A stretch of 64,000 nt of DNA from Vermamoeba vermiformis (taxonomy: Eukaryota), in the NCBI GenBank assembly GCA_045837725.1, contig JBEWZL010000260.1:620001-684000 (forward strand). The letters are read 5' to 3'. The notes under the pieces are model-generated. The model saw only the letters and a program-made list of their open reading frames with translations. It searched no databases and was not told where the DNA came from. Below are positions 1 through 15,632 of this stretch, in pieces. How positions within the stretch are numbered: the first letter of the stretch is position 1; each line of letters opens with the position of its first letter. Both the position numbers and the translations under genes were made by a program.

Positions 1-47
1 GAGCGAGGTATTATTTAACATTTAATAATTAGACATACACATACAAC

Positions 48-1541
48 ATGGCAGACCGCGAAGCTAACATCCAAGCCCTCGAAGGAATGGGATTTACTCG
101 TGAGAGGGCGGAACTTGCCTTAAATAAGACTCAAAATAGAGACTTGCAGTCTGCTTTGGATTGGTAGGATTAATACATAATATAACTTTGCGCTCAAAGC
201 TTAGTCAACCAATTTCATACTGAATTCAGAAAGTTTTCTAAAAAGACCAAAAAATTCAAATAATTCGTCAGATCAGGTGGTTAATTCTAATAAATCAAAA
301 TATCGATACCAATGACTAATGACCGTACAATAATATTTTTGTGAAAATTAAAATTTAAATTGCATAATTAATATTGGCAATTTCGGTCTCCGGAAAAATG
401 ACGTCATAATTATTTACTGACCTTAAATAGGCTCCTTGCGCATTCCGAGGACGCTATGGATGTCGACAAACCCTCAGGCAACACGTTGGGCTCGGGCACT
501 CCTGCACCTCCTGGCAGTGAAGGCAAAGTCTTCCACGAGGGATTCTTGTGCGATGGCTGCAAGGGCCCTATTTACGGCATTCGATACCGCTGCACCAAGT
601 GCGACAACTACGACTTGTGCGAGTTGTGTGAGAAGAAAGGTAAGCTCTCCGAACGAATAAAATAAGGGACAATCAAGCGTTGACTCACGTGACTGCATTC
701 AGGCGTGCACTCGGAGACTGAACACAACTTTTACATCATTGACCAGCCCGTGGACATCACACAACAGCCCGGTCCTCGTGAACTGACTGAAGAAGAGAAA
801 GAAGCCGCGTTGAAGCGTGCTGAGGAGTTGATCAAAAAGCGCCGCGAAGAAAAGAGGAAACAAGAAGCGGTCGATGAGATTGAACGCGAGAAACGACGAC
901 GTGAACAGGGCAAAGAGGCAGCTGCAGCACAGGCCAAGTGGAAAGAGGAACAACAAGCCCTTGCCATTGCCAAGGCTAAGCGCGTACGTAACGAGCGGCC
1001 ATTGATTCAAAACACTTGCTAACTTGACATGCTCTCCATTAGGAAAAAGAAGAAGAGGCTAAGGCACGCGAGAAAATCAGAGAACAAATCCGATTGGACA
1101 AATTGGCGCGTGAACAAGCAGAGAAGGGCATTGCTCCCACGCCCACACCCGTCGTACCTGTCCAACAAGTTGTTGTGCCTGCCAAAGCCCCCTCAGAGTA
1201 CACTGAATGCGCGCTGCAGATCCGATTAACGAACGGTGCAGTGCTCAAGAACACATTCAAGCCTTCGTAAGTATCAAAGGGTGTAGTTCGATCATACGTA
1301 GATATTAATCGACAATACAGCGACACGTTGAAGACCGTGGCAGAGTGGGTTGAAAAGAACAGAACTGATCCCAAAGGTCCCTTCGCGTTAATGACTAACT
1401 TCCCCAAGAAAACATTCTCCGGTGATTCTTTGAACACCACACTGCTCGCTGCTGGTACGTTGATGTTAAATCACATTTAGCAAAATTAATCTATTTTTAG
1501 AACTGGTGCCTCGTGGAGTTCTTGTCGTCACCAAAATGTAA
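48..1541 (+). CDS. UBA-ZZ-coiled coil-UBX domain protein (UBXN1/SAKS1-like p97 adaptor), multi-exon
   Basis: Exon 1 MADREANIQALEGMGFTRERAELAL...SALDW is a UBA domain. HEGFLCDGCKGPIYGIRYRCTKCDNYDLCELC is a ZZ finger. A charged coil follows, then a C-terminal UBX (ECALQIRLTNG...LMTNFPKK...LVPRGVLVV). GT-AG introns join the exons. Confidence 0.88.
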
Positions 1542-1820
1542 ATTGTAAAGGCTCTGTTGTAGTAAATGAACTATCAATAGAATAAGCCGTTATTGTGTCG
1601 CTAATATGAGCTCTTTATTAGTGAGAGCCTCAAAACTGCCACAACAAAAGTAAGTTTACAAAATAATCAAGCAATAATAATGTACAATCTTCGAGATCTT
1701 CTAAGGACCTCGACTCGCCAAATGAGAAGTGCATAGCTCTATTATTATTTATGCTGTCTTCTTCCTCGGCTTTTTTTTTTCTTTTTACCCGATCTGATTT
1801 TTTTTTTTGTTTTGATTTTT

Positions 1821-4237
1821 TCAGTTTGATTTGCGTCGTTTAACGTCACTTCTGTCTTCTTCTTCGTAATTATTCCTGTTAGTACTGCCTCGCGATGGTG
1901 ACATGCTGCTTATTTTTCGCTTTAAAGTGTATTTGCCTGCTATTCTCTTCGCTTGTTTTGTCTTGACAGCAGCGCGCCACAACAACGAGCTGAGGAACTC
2001 GTTCAAGTTGTTGAACTGCGAGAAGTGACTCACTAAGTGACCCAACAGCGCAGGTTGCAATAAATAATCTGTTTTTCCGTCTTGTTGCTGGTGTGCTTCA
2101 AACAAGTTCGGACCAGTCACGAGTGACTCTGTGATTTAGACTCGTATCAGCACCGGTCAATAACAGAGTATAATGCTAATAGTACCTATAGTCGACCACA
2201 TCGGACACGTGTTTGGTGCACTGTAGTACTCGAGCCACACTGTGTTCAACTGACGTGCGACATCACCGTTCAAAGTCCAGCAGTTGCGGTTGTTATTATA
2301 CACGAGCGCTAAATGGCCCAAAAATGCTCCGCGGAACAAAAACACGATTTCTGCGTCTAATATTAGATCGATATAACGCCATTGTTGTTCACTTACGGTG
2401 TGCTCCAAGTAGTTGCAAGTCGAGTTTGATAGCGTAGTGTTGTGGCTCGAGTCGATCTTCCAATCTGCAGTCGTCATCGTGGGTATCTAATAGTCCACAA
2501 AATCCATCGTCTTCTAATATCGGATGAATTCGATCAAACTGTACAATTCACATTAATAACACATTTGAAAAAAAAGTGATGTTCGATCCGTACCCAGATC
2601 CTCCATTCAGCTGGTTGTTTTCCAAACCAAGCCAAAAATCCTGTTTGATCGCTCCATACTTCATAAGATATTGTTCGTTTCTTTTTACAATCTTAGAAAA
2701 CAGGTTAATATTAGATCCGCAACAGCAATATCTTCTCGTTATATTACTTACTTAACACGCGCCTGAAATCCAGTTCATCAATGCCGTGTCTGGCGAGGAC
2801 AGGGTTCAATATTTGAACAACTTCTTCCGGGTCACAGCTCGTACTGTTTTTGCTGAACAAACTGCTCACTTTGGCTATCAAAGTCGCGTCTGACTGTTCG
2901 CTGGGCTGATTGTAATTGTTGTTCCAGCTGTCGTCGTATGACTCGTGCACTGAGCCTCCAGCTGAGGGGCTTGAGGCTGGGTCATCGTCGCCAACTGAAT
3001 TCTCGAGGTTGCGACTGGAACTTAGGCTCACTGGCGCAGGTCTGTTGCCTCGCATGTAGCCGTCAAGAATTTCATTGAATCTGTCTAGCAGCGACAACAT
3101 TTTCTTGATTCTCTTAGGGGCTGTAAAAATAAAGGTCATTTAATGAATTAATCCGTGGTTTGCGTATCCATACTTCTGTCTTGTGCTTCTTGCACGTGTG
3201 AGCGTGGGCTACATTGGATAGGAAAGCTGATTGCCTTTTTGAGGGAATTCTTTTCCCAAAAGCCGAAAATATAACCTTTTGTTTCAGTAGATCTGAACGC
3301 AAACTTATCATTCTCAGCGTGGACCTCGCGCATGAACTCCCAGTCTTCGGTAACCTCGTTGAACAAGTAGACTACCATGATGACCTCGAGCTTGTCTTTC
3401 AAGTTCTTTTTCGACAAATGCATCGCAGCTGAACGAGCAGACTTGAGTACTTTGAAGTAGGTACCGTCTGTCTTGCGATACAGTCCCTTCGCGAGTCCCT
3501 TAATGTCCCTGAATCACATATCGTCAGTTGTCGTCTTGCAAAATAATTATTGTCTTAAAAAGTAAGTACCATCGTTCAGGATCTTCATTGCGGATCAACA
3601 CAGAGGTCAATTCAGTATCGGACACGTTCGGCGATACTAAAGGACTGCTCGGCGATGCACTAGTGCTCGATGCCGTGCGTGTAGGTCTAGCTGGCGAGTT
3701 CTGATTGGAGCCGTGATCAGTTGAGGAACGCAGTGAAATTTTTGAAGGACTCTTCTCATTGGCCAGCTGTTTCTTGGGTGTTGCGCTGTTGCTCTTGACA
3801 GTTCCATTATTGCCCGTGTTGTGTTGAATGACATTCGTGTTGGTCGTTGTGCTCGGGGTGATTGCGTGAATTGGATGATAGTTCAACGCGCTTTCAATAT
3901 CGTGAGAGCTGTTCACGTGATGCGAGCCGGTCATAGGATGATCTAGCGCGATCACGTGATGGTCGTGGTCATCATGCAAGTCTACGCCAGCACCTGGGTG
4001 GTGAGGGCTTGGTGGCATGCCAGCGTGCGGATCGTGCATCATGTAGAGCGGATTGTGCTGTTGATGGGCCACTCCGCCGTGTTGGTGATGCACTGGGTGC
4101 AAGTCATGGTGTCCGTGGTGAGGCACGTGATGTGCTGGATGATGGTGACCGTGTAACTGCTCGTCGTGGTCAACGAACTGATGGTGATCGTTGCCAGCAT
4201 CGCCAAAGGATGAAAAATCGGAATAAAAAGGGCCCAT
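1821..4237 (-). CDS. His-rich N-terminal protein of unknown function, possibly with a degenerate EF-hand/SH2-like C-terminal region, multi-exon
   Basis: ORFs 3524-4237, 3148-3423, 2744-3139 and 1821-2120 can be joined through GT-AG introns. His/Ser-rich low-complexity N-terminus and basic C-terminus. The 3' end is uncertain because of homopolymer tracts at 1770-1820. Confidence 0.6.
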
Positions 4238-5493
4238 TTCATGGAGACTATGTAGGAATAATAGAGAGCATTAATTATAAGGAGATATCGTCGAGAACGT
4301 GAATAAATTGAATTAAACTAAAATTTGAAAAATAAGGGCTTTGCAGGGCATGATTACGTTGTTTATAACCCTTTAAAAAATGAAATTTGCTGTTAATCCT
4401 CGGGTATTCTGCGGATGAGGCAATGGAAATTTATTTTATTCGACAAAATTAAAATCAGAATAATGAGGTAAGATTCAGGAAATCTTGTCGTATAAAATCA
4501 TAATATACAAATAGCAAGCGTAACTCCGCATATTATACACCAAGGATTTGATTAAAAGCAAGATGTGGTTTCGGATGAATAACTCTACATACCCGTGCGT
4601 ATAGGGTTCCATTAATGCGGGCCAAATTCACAAATAAGGTATAATAATTAAATTGCCATGGAGTGTTACAATAAATATGGGTGCTGTAGCCAATGGAAGC
4701 AAGATTTTATCGTCTCAAGACGCGGTGCGAAAACAGGGAGGAAATTCTGGGCCCAGGCTGCTTTCTTGTTGCTCTTTCCGTTTTCATCCAACCGGCCAAT
4801 CAGATAACGGAGATAATATTTAAAGGTACAAGAAGGTCGGCCTCCAATTAACCTGATTCATAAAGCGGGTGGGTCAAAGAAGAAAAATCTTTTTGTGATA
4901 CAAATTGTTCATTAAGTACGGTTCCGGCTCTCACTACTAACAATACCAGCTAGTAAGTTACTAGCGACTATTGACCCTGGGGATTTACGTAATCTCATAA
5001 TTCCATTCAAGAAAAAGATTTGTGGTTTCGATTGCATGCTTTTTGTGCAACGTATTACCCGCATATAACTACAATTACAACATTTCCATTATAGCTCCAT
5101 TCGTCGTTGCTTTATTTCAGTTACGCGAATCGTCACGGATTGATTTGTGAAGTGGCGCAGATTTTTTTCAATTTATTTTTAGATCCTGGTTGATTCATTA
5201 TTCTTTTCCGTGTTGTTACGCGACAAAACGTACTTGCAACCTTGCTAAGCTTTTGGAAAGATATCAACTTACAGCACCGGTTAGCATTACCAGCAATGGC
5301 TGTTCAGAATACTGAAGCTATTTGTTTCGAATCAATGAGGCGTTGAAACAGCACTAAGCAGGTTATAAACAATATTTTCAGTACAATTATTTGACTACTG
5401 TCTCGTGCATTCAGCGGTTTTTGTTCCGTGTTTGTCAAATACACGCCAACACCAGTCCTGAACCATTAGATTATATATTTTTATTTGTAAACA

Positions 5494-7637
<2,144 letters not shown>

Positions 7638-7784
7638 TAAACAGGCCAACATCATTGTCATATTTCTATGTCTATAATATCGATAGTGTACCGTGCTCGT
7701 TTTTTTGCGAGAAAATCTTTCGGAAGAAATGACATTAAAAATTTGTTCTAAATTTCCGCGTCAACCAAAGATCTCCAGAACACG

Positions 7785-10653
7785 ATGAACAGAGGACCAG
7801 AGATTGGCAAAGTTACGTTCTCTTACGAGCCTCAAGGCCCTGAAGAGCTAGCCTTGACCGTAGGAGAGCTAGTGACTATTACAGAGAAATACGACAATGG
7901 ATGGTGTAAAGGTGAAAAGAATGGCAAGATCGGAATGTTTCCCTACAACTACGTAGAGCCAGCAAGTCCTAGTGAAATTAGTGCATATAATTCAGCTTCA
8001 ACAACGAGTTCCAATGAGATAGTGATTGCAATCCAGGATTTTCAAGGCTCATCAAGCCAGCTCAGCTTCAAAAAAGATGACGTAATCAACGTATTAGAAA
8101 AATTCCCTACTGGGTGGTGGAAAGGAGAGCTTAATGGTCGAACGGGAGTATTTCCTCGCTCAGCTGTTAGACTCGAATCCGAGGCACCTCCAGATGACAG
8201 AAAGAGCCGTCGCAATACAGTTAATTTATCAAATGGTTCATATTCTACTGGTACACCACCTCCAGTGCCCGATAGAAAACGTGCTAGCACTATGTTATCG
8301 AATGGAAATGTTAATGCAATTGGTGTCGGCAAAGCTTTGTACTCCTATAAAGGCACAGGACCAGGTAATGAATTATGACCATTTATATTATTTATACTCG
8401 TAAATAATTATAGAGAGTATAAATACGAAAATCTTTTTCATTCAATTTGTGATTTTATTAAATTCCCTCGAAACTGTAACAATATCAGAAATAGATACAT
8501 AACATATTATACAATATTTTTTAAATGTAAATGTAAATTAATTATAGTGCAAGATCTGGTGTTTTTTTACTAATTTTTCCGACAGGTCAACTCAGCTTCA
8601 ACAAGAACGATACCATTAAAATTCTAGAACGAAAAGAGAGTGGCTGGTGGCGTGGCGAGCTGAACGGTCAATCGGGTGTGTTCCCGTCAAATTACATTGA
8701 AACAGCGGAGGAAGACAGCGACGAAGAAGACGAAGGTCAGCACGACACGACTGGCATGTCCGCAACACTTGAAGAGGTTGTGGCCTTGTATCCATATAAA
8801 GCTTCAGGTACGTACTCGTAAAGTTCTAATGCTTCAGCAAGCGATTGACCGAGCACGGGTGTCACTAGGTGCTGGACAGCTGTCATTCGGCAAGGACGAG
8901 CGCATTCAAGTAATCGAGAAGACAGAGAGTGGCTGGTGGCGCGGTGATTTGCGTGGCACTGTTGGTCTGTTCCCGTCTAACTACGTCAAAGTTGTGACGT
9001 CCTCGCAGCCTGGCAGCGCACTCAACACGAACAATCCGTACGAGGACGAAGAGGACGGCGAGGAAGAAGAAGAGGTCGCAGGTCAAAAGCCCATTGCGCG
9101 CGCACGAGCACTGTACGAGTATCAAGCCACGACCTCGCACGAATTGAGCTTGTACCCCGAACAAGTGATCAATGTCTTCAGCAAGCTCGACAATGGCTGG
9201 TGGCAAGGTGAAGTTGAGGGCCGAATAGGTCACTTCCCCAGCACTTATGTCGAAGAAATACCGCTTGAAGAGCCAAGCACGACAAACTCAGACTTCTTGA
9301 AGCGAACCCAATCAGGTACGACCAATTACGATGACATCTTGTAGCATATATTCACACCATACAGGCGTGCCACAAGTAGCTTCAGAAGTGTCAATGGGTC
9401 AAGGACAAAAGGCACGAGCACTGTATGCATACAAAGGCAAGACAGACCGCGAGCTGTCATTCGCACAAGGTGAAGAAGTGACTGTGTTGAAGAAATTTGA
9501 CAATGGCTGGTGGCAAGGCGAATACAAAGGAAAAATTGGACACTTCCCTGGCAACTATGTTAAGGAAGTTAGCACAGGTATGTTTCGCGGAAAGATATTA
9601 ATACGCCGACTCCGAGCTAAATGATGAAAATTCTGTCAAATGCGTTGTTCTATTTCTGAACGAATGATGCCAACGACCTCCTGATTAACTGCACGCTATA
9701 ATTGCCAATCTCGTCACTTGATGACACTCTCTGACACTTGTAACAGACAGCGCAGCAGACACAGGACCACCCACCAACACCGCAGCACCACAGTCCCCCA
9801 GCACACCGAAGCGCGGTGCACCCAACAAGCCCATTCCTCCTGTCCCTCCTCGCACCAATCTGCCCGTGAAGAAGACCACACCAGCCCCTACAGTAGTCGA
9901 GACCACGCCCAGCCACGACCCTTCACCACCCGTGCCCAACAGACGGTCAGTTGCTCCTCCGCGCCCTCCTTCAAGCGATGCATACAATAGCGATCTCAAT
10001 GCGGCCAAGAAACAACAAACAGGCCTTGGCATTCTGCGTGCTCCGTCGATGAGTGTCGCGAACAAATACGAGGCTGAACGGTTGGCCAATGCTGGCAGCA
10101 CCACTAGTAATTCCAGCACATCGAGCACAAGCAGCGGTGGCGTGTCCTTGGAGTCCATTAAGAAGGCGCTGATCACGCTGCAATCACAGACCAAGACAGC
10201 TGTTGACGGCATGTTGAAGCGACTTGACGCGCAGAACAAAGAACGGTCCAAACTCGAGTTTGTGATGCGTGACATGAAGCGTTGTTTGAAAGAAGAACAG
10301 CAACACCGAGAGCTCTTGCAGAGCGACATCAAGATATTGCAGTCTCAATATAGGGTCAGTTAAGCCAATTAGTGGTATAAATTGCAGATCTAATATTGTC
10401 CATCCATTTAGGCGGCCAATGGTGCTAAACCCGATCTAAATCAGCTGCCGACACCTGAACTCGTCAATCACGTTGGTTTGTTAAATAATAAGTTGGATCT
10501 TGAAGTCAAGTACGTGCATTCTCACCCTTAATCGAATAAGAATAGGTATTGATATATTTGTATTCTAGGGCTCGCAAAGAACTGCAAGCTACTGTTGCGA
10601 AACTCCAAAGCGAGGTCGATCAGTTGACACGAAAGCTTCAACAACTAAATTAG
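7785..10653 (+). CDS. Multi-SH3 adaptor (six SH3 domains, proline-rich region, C-terminal coiled coil; CIN85/CD2AP-like layout)
   Basis: Six repeats of the ALY.Y...ELSF...GWW.GE..G..G.FP.NYV signature, followed by PxxP-rich PPVPPR segments and a coiled-coil tail. Confidence 0.9.
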
Positions 10654-10824
10654 ACCAAATAGATTTCATGTTAAAATAGTCTTATGAACACTTTATTTAT
10701 TGTTTCACTCGATGGCTTTTTGTACAAATAAACGCGCCAAATGTTTAATGTAAACGCCGTTTTCCTCAAACGGCCCTTTATTTTATTATACAATTAGGTT
10801 TAAATTAACAGACAAGATACAGAT

Positions 10825-13372
10825 CTACGACTTGAAAAAAAATGTCAGCTTGCTTTGAACAGTAGCAACACTTTTGCGCAGAGGTGAAGTGACAGTTTGT
10901 GCGGGCTTGCTGACGACATTATTGTTGTTGTTGGCAGCCTTACTGTTCTCAACGGGCGGTTGATTGCTGTTCTCTTTGTCTTCCTCGTCATAGCCGCCTT
11001 GTTGAATCTGTTGCAACACGTCGTTGTTCGTCTTAGTAGCCGGTCCTTGATTGCTGTTCGAGTTCTCGCTGATGACATTTTCAATCGATCGAATGACACT
11101 TTGACTCGGTGACAGCTCACGGACAGGAGCTGGTGTCTTTTGAACTTTCTTCTTGGTGGGTGAGGTGCGGGCTTTGGCATCAGGTTGAGCGAGCACGAGA
11201 GGCTTAGCAGGTGCGGCTTCAGTCTCGGGCTTGTCGACTTGTTGTGCTGGAACTTCGACCACTGACAGAATGTCTTCCTCTTGCTTTTGCGGCTTAATAC
11301 CAAGTGCAAGGTTGAACATTTCCATCATGTTCATCAAGTGTCGCTTTTTGACATTTTCACGCTTCTTAATTTGATCTGTCAACAGTCGTACTCGTTCCAT
11401 TGATAATCGCAGCGCCTTCATTTGTTCGTATTTGTCAAAATTGGTGCACTCACGCAGCATACTTAAAACTTTCTGTAATAAGTGTTAGCTTACGACGTCG
11501 GAAGGAATTACAAAAAAAAACGAACCTTTTGTGCGTGGAAAATTCGTCGTCCAGCTGCTTTTTCTTGTTGTGCCTCTTCCTCGACAACGACCTAAACGGC
11601 GAGATTAGTATTCACCCTGCATGTCATTGTGCTCCTCTTACTCTCAAGCTGCGCAGCAAGGGACGTCTGCCGTGCTTTCTGGCAAAGCGTTTTTGTTTCC
11701 AATATTCACAGATTTCATTGAACAGTGTCTTGCTGAACTTGCGACCACATCGTCGTTGTACTTCTTTCTTGGTATTTTTATCGATGAATCGACCAATGTC
11801 CACCTCCAGATCCTCTTTGGTCGCTACTTTTTGCAACTTTTCATTGCGTTTAATCTAATGAGGCATTAATATGGTGCTAATAGGATGACACGCGTGCGTA
11901 CCGCTGTGTGTCTACGGCAATAAGAGACGTAATTCATGTCACCAGTCTTCTCGTCCTCTTCAATTTTGATCATGTGCGTGACGGAGTTGAGTTGCGCACA
12001 AGTCGCGTGATAGGCAGAATAGCATCGCTTCTCCGTGCATTGAATGCAACCGCCTTTGATGCCACAGAGCTCGCACTCAAGGCCCATGCGCGCAGGAGGC
12101 AATCGGTCTGTTTTGACAACTTTGAGATCTGAAGAAAAATATAGCTCAGGAATCCACAGAGCACATGCGATATGAATCCAGTGTCCGCAAGATGTTCGCT
12201 TCATAGCGCCTGCTCGTTCAGGGCACATCATGCACTTGACTTCATTGAGCTCGTACGTCTGTCAGTTGTTAAAAACAATCCTCGCATCAACATCGTTGTT
12301 TACTTACAGCATGGCCAGGAGTGCAGAATGACACGAGACTCGTTTGTTTTGCTTGCTATAATAGCGTTAGTATTATCGCTCAATGTTGCAGATTTAGCTT
12401 ACATCACCTACCTTAGCAGGTTTTTTATCGTTCGCATACGCGCATCTGTCGCATAACCATGTGCCTTCAGGGACAGATTGAAGGCCTTGGCATACTATAT
12501 ACTATATTAGATGGCGCCTACAATAAATGTGTGATATTACCTTGATGGATAGCAATGTCGCAACCGTCACAGAACACAATCAAGTTGTCATCGGACGAGT
12601 CACGTTCGTTGCACACGCAGCAAGGCACGTCTTCATCTTCAGCGAGGCCAGGGGCTTTAGGCAGCTCAGCGCTCTCTTTGACGTCATGTTTAATTGCGTC
12701 TATACGCAGTTGTTTGAACTCTCTCTGCAATAAAAAGTTGAGTACGAATACGGACAATCCCAATTTCCATTACTATACCTGTTTGAATGATTGTTTCTCG
12801 AAGTAATCGATAATTAACTCTAATTCGTCCTCTGTAAGATTGTTATCCTCAGCTCTGGAGCGGATTCGCTCGACGAACTGCTCGTCTTCTTCGTCCAGAT
12901 CGTACTCGATGAATTTTTGTTCAACTTCGTCCTCAGTAGGTTCTGAAATAATTAGATACGAGTAATATCGTTGAAAATCTTGTCTTACCGTAGCGGATGT
13001 ACGACTCGGGTCGTTGGAAGTGGATTTTGGCCTGATCGCACTCGGCGTCAAATTCGGGCAATACTTTTACGACAGGTATTTCTATAACTTCACCGAATTT
13101 CGGCTCTTTATCGTGTTTATCCATCATCGTTGCGTAGACAGACTTTTGAGTCGCGGGCTGAAAGGTTATTTTATTATTAAATATTCCTCGTGCACAGTAT
13201 ACTGTTTTTATATATAATACGCGATAATTATGTTTACCTTTTTCACTTCTCCATCTCCTTTTAATTCCTCGTCGGCACCAATCGAATCCGCCTCTGGATT
13301 GTCTTCAAATGTGACCGGTAGCGGCGCGTCGAGGTCAATATTTAAACGCGGTCGTATTTTGCGTGCTGACAT
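10825..13372 (-). CDS. EPC-N + PHD-Zn knuckle-PHD (PZP) protein, JADE/BRPF/Nto1-like HAT scaffold
   Basis: MSARKIRPRLNIDLDAPLPV and IEYDLDEEDEQF (EPL1 domain), CCVCNERDSSDDNLIVFCDGCDIAIHQ (PHD), CPERAGAMKRT..GHWIHIACALWIPE, CIQC...YHATCA, YWKQKR. Confidence 0.9.
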
Positions 13373-14009
13373 TGTGTTAAACTACTAAATACGTGCGAAT
13401 GACTAACTTTTCAAAAACGTCAACGACCGTTGAGCGGCAAATAAAGGGCGGGAACTGGATAATTGGCCGTGTCGCTTTATAAAACCATTTTATTTATCGT
13501 GCAAGAGAAAAACGCAACGCATGCTACATTATGTAAACAAAGAAGAGTTGAAAAGATGTGATATAACAGCAGCAGCTGAGATGAGGCTGAATGCGCACCG
13601 CGAGGGCAGTTAGGATTATGTGCGGTATGTTGTATATTGACGAAACGTTGTAGAAAAATTCAAAATTAATTAACCAGCTCCCAGTTAATCGTATTGAAGA
13701 GTTAATTAAATTTTGAGCGGCGTAAATCTAACATCCATTTAAATAATTGGTACACGTGCAACAATAACAATAATATAAACAAATGTCCCTTTCAACTGGC
13801 GTACGGTCGGTCAATGCTTTTTCTTCTCCTTTCTGCGAGTTCTGTTTTGGATTTCTATGGAATCCAAAAGAAATCCTGCCTCGCTTGTTTTCGCTTCCGC
13901 TCCGTTGCTGCCATTCCGTTTCTTGTTGGAGAATTGAATAACACATTACTTGTCCTTTCTCTAGCTAACACCAAAAGAGAACTTTTTTCAAACATCTCAT
14001 CTAGACACC

Positions 14010-15508
14010 ATGGTACGCGAAACTGAATACTACACTCGTCTTGGCGTCCAACCGAACGCTTCGCAAGAAGAAATTAAAAAGGCTTACAGAAAGGTAACTC
14101 GACGCGTGGATCCTTTACGATCTGAAAATTTTATTAACGTCTTTATGTCGTTAGCTTGCTGTCAAATACCACCCAGATAAGAACCCTGGCAACAAAGAAG
14201 CTGAAGAAACGTTTAAGAAGATTTCCGAGGCATATGAAGTCCTTTCTGACGAGCAAAAGCGACAGATGTACGATCAGTACGGTGAAGATGGCTTAAAGAA
14301 TTCAGGATTCAACCCCGGAGATGCCTCCTCCCTCTTCGAACATCTCTTTGGTGGTTTTGGAGGCTTTGGCGGTTTTGGAGGCTTCGGCGGTCGCAAGAGA
14401 AAGTCGTGAGTAGCAAGAATTGAATTCTTATTTATTACGTGGCACATCTGACACTTTTTGTCACTATAGAGGCCCAGTGCGTGGCAAGGACGTCGTTCAT
14501 CCACTTACAGTCTCATTGGAAGACTTGTACAAGGGTGTGAGCAAGAAGCTGAAAATTACTCGCAATGTAGTGTGCAAGACCTGCACGGGCTCAGGTACCA
14601 AAAAACAAGGCGCTACTACTAAGTGCCCTACTTGCGACGGTCGCGGCATTCAAGTACAGATCAAGCGCATGGGCAACATGATTCAACAAATGCAATCTGG
14701 TAAGTTAGATCGGATCGAATCTTACATCAAACAAGCACTAATCTCTCCGTGTAGTGTGTTCCAATTGCCAAGGCTCGGGCGAGGCCATTCGTCCTGAGGA
14801 CAGATGTGACACGTGCCGCGGTGACAAAGTGGTGCAAGAACAGAAAGTCCTCACTGTGGAGATCGAGCAGGGCATGAAGCACGGCGACAAGATCTTCTTC
14901 TACGGCGAGTCCGACGAGGCTCCTGGCACTGTGCCTGGCGACTTAATCTTCGTCGTCAAAGAGAAGGAGCACGAGAAGTTCAGGTAAGTAACGCGCTCTT
15001 GGTCTACTGTGACACGTGACACTAACATGTTGATGCGTGCAGACGTCACGGCAACGACTTGTTCATGGAGGTAGACCTGCCACTTATCAACGCCTTGACG
15101 GGCTTTGAAATCCCCGTGAAGCACATCAGTGGCCGCACACTGCTCGTGAAGGGCAAGGAGGGCGATGTCGTCAAGCCCGGTGAGATGCGCGAGGTGAGTG
15201 GCGAGGGCATGCCTATTCACAAGCGCAACTACGACCACGGCGACTTGTACATCAAATACAACATCATCTTCCCGGACAAGATCAACGCCAAACACATCGC
15301 CAAGCTGAAGGAAGCATTGCCTGAAGGTCTTCATGCGCAAAAATATAACAAAAGCGACATCACCGAGGTTGTAGCGCAGAAGGTGAACGAGTCCAAGTTC
15401 AGAAACAAGAACCACAGACAGCATGCGGATCCTGATCGGATGGAGGAAGATGAAGTCTACGATGACGACCATCCTGGAGCCCAGCAAACTACTTGCGTCC
15501 AACAATAA
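14010..15508 (+). CDS. DNAJA: Type I DnaJ/Hsp40 (DNAJA/Ydj1-like), farnesylated
   Basis: J domain with [10 protein letters not shown]-rich region, four CxxCxGxG-type repeats, C-terminal CAAX box CVQQ. Confidence 0.95.
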
Positions 15509-15632
15509 GATTCTTGTTATTATAGCGACTCTTGTATTAATTATTGTAGTTTTTATTCGAGTTTTTTCATAAAACTTCATGTTAATAGTCAACCACACGT
15601 GCCTTCATGTTCATTTTTGTAGTATAATGTAA

